Positions 62,433 through 64,000 of a DNA stretch of 64,000 nt are shown here, in pieces. Location: assembly GCA_029953675.1 (NCBI GenBank), contig JAMWBK010000005.1, positions 2,418,001 to 2,482,000 of the forward strand, written 5' to 3'. The translations under genes and the position numbers were made by a program. The notes under the pieces are model-generated. The model ran no database searches. It had not been told where the DNA came from and saw only the letters and a list, made by a program, of their open reading frames with translations. Numbering within the stretch: position 1 is the first letter of the stretch; every line of letters starts with the position of its first letter. The stretch comes from Rhodosorus marinus CCMP1338 (lineage: Eukaryota > Plantae > Rhodophyta).

Positions 62433-64000
62433 TCAATCAGTCTTCTTCTCAAACCTTTTGAGCACTGGGTCGACGAATTTCTCCTCCTCCCTCTTCGGTT
62501 TCGCCTGCTCTTTTCTTTCCTGAAGAGCCTTTCTGATGCTGTCGGACATAGACGAGAGGCACTTTAGCTGACCCGTGGACGAGCGCGGGGGAAAGAAGCC
62601 ATATGCTGGGGAAACCGAGCCTAGTCATCCCTGTCGCCGCATACCTTTCGGACTTTTCATCCACAACGTTATGTTGCTTCCTCCTCAACCTCTTTGCGAT
62701 CTTGTTTCTTCCTCGCGTCTTCTTCTTCTGCAAACTCTTGGCCCGCTGCGCCCTCTCAGCCTCTTTCTTCCTCAGTTGTATATCCTTCAATCTCTCGGCA
62801 GGATCCTTGTCAATACCTCCAATGCTCGTCGGGTCAAGCGATATGGTTTCAGGTTGCAACTTCTCCATCAGAGACCGAACCTCACGTTGGCGGCGTTGCT
62901 TAGACGTTTCAAACGGATTCGGAAGGGATGAGTCAAAATTCGCGACACCGGCTCCGGGTACGATCATATTGCAAAATCCTGTATGAACCGGATCACACGC
63001 CGTGAAACAAAAAAAATTAAGCAAACGATTCCCAACATGGGTTTGACATGGACGTTGGAAATGGTTGTCCTCGTCATGTACACCAGCTCTCAGATGACGT
63101 TACTCAGCTGTTCACTCCTCGAAAAATTCCTTCTTCTTGGTGAGGATCGGATCATGTACTTATCACGGTAAAGGAGCTTCCCGTTGCTTATCGAAAGTGG
63201 CAGATGGACCACATTGAAAGCATACTGGGTGAACATGCTTGAGCATCGCAACATACGATCCAGATGAGCATTCCACACGCAGCCGAACGACGCCGTGGAA
63301 CGACTCTGTCGGTGTTCCGACCCATCGAGTAAACAACGAACGCCTCGTCCAGCTTGATACAGATACATGTCCATTTTGCGCTCCCCGAAAAGAAGGAAAA
63401 CTGAAGAGTGCACTATAGAGTACTGCCAGTCCAAGCTGGTTTCACAGAGTATTGTTTGACTAGTTGTTTTCGTTTGGCAAGTCTGTCCCTACCTTTCGAG
63501 TGGGAAACTCCAAGAACATCTTCATACGGACAAAACGAAAGACTTTCAACCACCTTTCCAGGATACAGATTCTCCATGTAAGGAGCTCCTATTGTCGATT
63601 CGGAAAAGATGTCCTTATAGAGCTTAACGTTTGGACCAAAGCTCAGAGCAAGGAGGTTTCTTTGAGAGAATATCGATCTGTTCGCAGCGACCGGAAGTCG
63701 TATACTATGTTGTTGCGAAGTAGCAAATTAAGATGAGTGCATGGTTAAGAATTGCTATTGAAAATGTTTAGAGTTGTGGATAAGCAGGACTTACCAGTTG
63801 AGTTTCTTGTATGTTCTAAGATCATAAATATTACAATATGCGTCTGATCCCGAGGTCAGCATGTATGTGCCATCCCGTGTGATAGCAATGGAGTTGATGG
63901 ATCCGCGGTTTGCTAGGATCCTCACCAAAGGTTCGCTTGAGATAGGGCTCCATAGAGCTACTGTTCCATTGGAATGACCAGTAGCGATACAGGCGTTGAA
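62433..64000 (-). CDS. UTP7: UTP7/WDR46 U3 snoRNP WD-repeat protein, 3' portion (5' end outside the window)
   Basis: BING4CT-like IVPGAGVANFDS..NPFETSKQRRQREVRSLMEKLQPETISLDP, basic tail KKKTRGRNK and terminal DPVLKRFEKK. Confidence 0.9.

Noticed and set aside
1-64000. tRNA, rRNA, snRNA, CRISPR or telomeric arrays
   Set aside because: By eye I found no cloverleaf with T-loop context, no rRNA or snRNA signature and no regularly spaced repeat-spacer array. A tRNAscan/Infernal run would be needed to exclude them fully.

Overview
Eukaryotic nuclear DNA, most likely a red alga. This is inferred from plastid-targeted SmpB, shikimate kinase and ABC1 kinase with short 'M-x(1-4)-F' transit peptides, and from many 65-110 nt GT-AG introns. 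About 23 protein-coding genes can be assembled by hand: YbeY, RCCR-like bilin reductase, hemerythrin-like protein, PEX11, SmpB, two C2H2 zinc-finger factors, RING/tandem-Cys E3, F-box-JmjC, RRM, GSK3, CARNMT1, MECR-like, a type I membrane protein, shikimate kinase, ABC1K, RPN2, MnSOD, NAXE, GRIP golgin, a CCCH protein, UTP7 (partial) and an unknown acidic protein (partial). Intergenic DNA holds heavily decayed retrotransposon relics of apparently several clades, perfect palindromes, a 67-bp inverted repeat and a ~175-bp tandem repeat. The standout is an intronless gene at 13527-15128 (-). It fuses the MYCBP2/PHR RING-Cys-Relay E3 module, with both catalytic cysteines intact, to an Fbs1-type N-glycan-binding FBA domain, making it a candidate glycan-directed, ester-forming ubiquitin ligase. 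It lies downstream of an F-box-JmjC gene whose ATG overlaps the stop codon of an RRM gene (ATGA). All family assignments come from motif recognition by eye; no database searches were run. No rRNA, tRNA or CRISPR array was seen.
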